Assembly (NCBI RefSeq): GCF_001194135.2
Contig: NC_068985.1
Span: forward strand, 40,316,646-40,380,645
DNA length: 64,000 nucleotides
Reading direction: 5' to 3'
Origin: Octopus bimaculoides
Lineage: Eukaryota
A program made the translations under genes and the position numbers. Numbering within the stretch: position 1 is the stretch's first letter; each line of letters opens with the position of its first letter. The notes under the pieces were generated by a model. The model was given only the letters and a program-made list of their open reading frames with translations. It did not search any database and was not told the origin of the DNA. Below are positions 62,581 to 64,000 of this stretch, one piece after another.

Positions 62581-63579
62581 TTTTTTTTTTTTTTGCATTA
62601 AATTTGCTTTTTAGGATAGCTCTAACTCTACAATAACATTATTATTATTTCATTTGCCACAGGGACCCTAAGTGAAGGGGACTTTACAAACACAGGTTAC
62701 ACAAGGTGTGTGGGTTTACATAGAAATAATATGAGGTAAGGAAAAAAATCAAATGAGATTAGGAAAAAGTATACATAGAATACAAGGAGGAAAAGAAGCA
62801 TGTAACTAATTAAAAACTTATATTTAGCATTCTAAAGTAGTAGTAGTAGCAGTAGTATATAGCTTTGAGAAAATAATTATAAAACTTTACTCCTACTCCC
62901 TTTAGAATCTCATGAGGTTTACAGAGTAATACAACAGAAACTACTTAGGTGGGTGAATTGAGTACTTGTCCATAAACATACTCTTGAAAACAAAATAGTG
63001 AAAATAAACACTATGAATAACCCCAATGCTGACATACAAGCTTCAGCATCATTAACTAAGAAACAAGGGAGGTGGATGGTTGTAGTAAAAGAACTGAAAC
63101 TGGATCTCATGACTAGGGAACTCATTATCACAAAGGAAAGTGCTCCATCTGCTATTTATAAATATGAATTTAGTCAATAATAGACTAACAAAAAAGAAAA
63201 AAGTAGAAATGAATTATAAATTGCATCTAATGGTATTGGTATATAACATAAATAAAGTAAAAGAATCTAGTAGAAATGGCTTATAGCAAAAGAGAAAATG
63301 ATAATATATAAAGAAAAAAGAAGGTATACTATTTAGAAGTTGCAAGATTTTTTTCACTATTTTGCTTTTGTGTATCATGTCTTGAGTACATAGACAAAAC
63401 AAAAACCAGCACACAGGAGCATGTGCATATAGATGGGTACCCACATACACACATATATAGTTTAAAAAAAACATGTGCATATCTTATTTGAATTTATTTC
63501 TCACATATATTCACAAATTTATGCATGTACATGCAGCAACAGTTCTTTGATACAGTAATGTAGAGATAAAATGATTTCC

Positions 63580-63770
63580 AAATTAGGTACAACCCTGAGG
63601 AAGGGATGTAGTTGGCTGATTAAATCAACTTCACTGGTAATTACTTCATTGCCCTAAGAATGATGAAAGACAAAGTTGACTTTGGTAGAATTTGAACTCA
63701 CAACATAATGATGTGCATTTAAAAACTGCCAAGTGTTTTGTTTGGTGCTTTATTAATTCAGCCAATTCAC
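63580..63770 (-). mobile_element. Degenerate Nin/Deu SINE
   Basis: actggtaattacttcattgcc...gatgaaagacaaagttgactttggtagaatttgaactc. Confidence 0.7.
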
Positions 63771-64000
63771 CAAATATTAAGAATGAAAAGACATCCCACT
63801 TTAAAATACTGAGATGCCTTTTATATTCCTAACTACAATGTGATATGACATAAGACAAAAGGCACAGATATAATGACAACCATGGTGATGAATTTTTTTT
63901 TTTTAAGGATCAAGATAAATTTTAAGGAAAAGCTACTATACAGGTCCTTTGTATGATAAGGTCATCATCATTACCATCATCATTTTATGACCACTTTTTT

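Overview
AT-rich, CpG-poor eukaryotic genomic DNA with six N-gaps and dense microsatellites. The repeat complement (Nin/Deu-domain SINEs, RTE LINE tails ending in (GAT)n, (CA/TA/GA)n tracts) resembles a coleoid cephalopod, probably Octopus; this is an inference from recognised repeats, not a database match. Most of the sequence I could assign is decayed mobile DNA: RTE, CR1-like, L1/Tx1, R4/Dong and Penelope-like retroelements, one internally deleted TIR DNA transposon, piggyBac-like and hAT-like MITEs, and many SINEs. Nearly all ORFs in the supplied track are microsatellite or TE artefacts. The best host-gene evidence is a minus-strand multi-exon gene of unrecognised identity, with two symmetric phase-1 Ser/Thr/Pro-rich exons (16061-16213 and 6003-6152); further small exons on both strands are uncertain. 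The most interesting unexplained structures are: a near-perfect pre-miRNA-sized hairpin apparently made by inverted duplication of a repeat (14460-14532); a frame-preserving 48-bp decayed minisatellite with repeated AG/GT motifs (34848-35132); a 55-bp foldback around a polypyrimidine core (27345-27932); a hairpin MITE (44515-44690); and close inverted retroelement pairs that could be A-to-I editing substrates. I cannot demonstrate a new biological system from sequence alone. TE boundaries are approximate unless termini are quoted.
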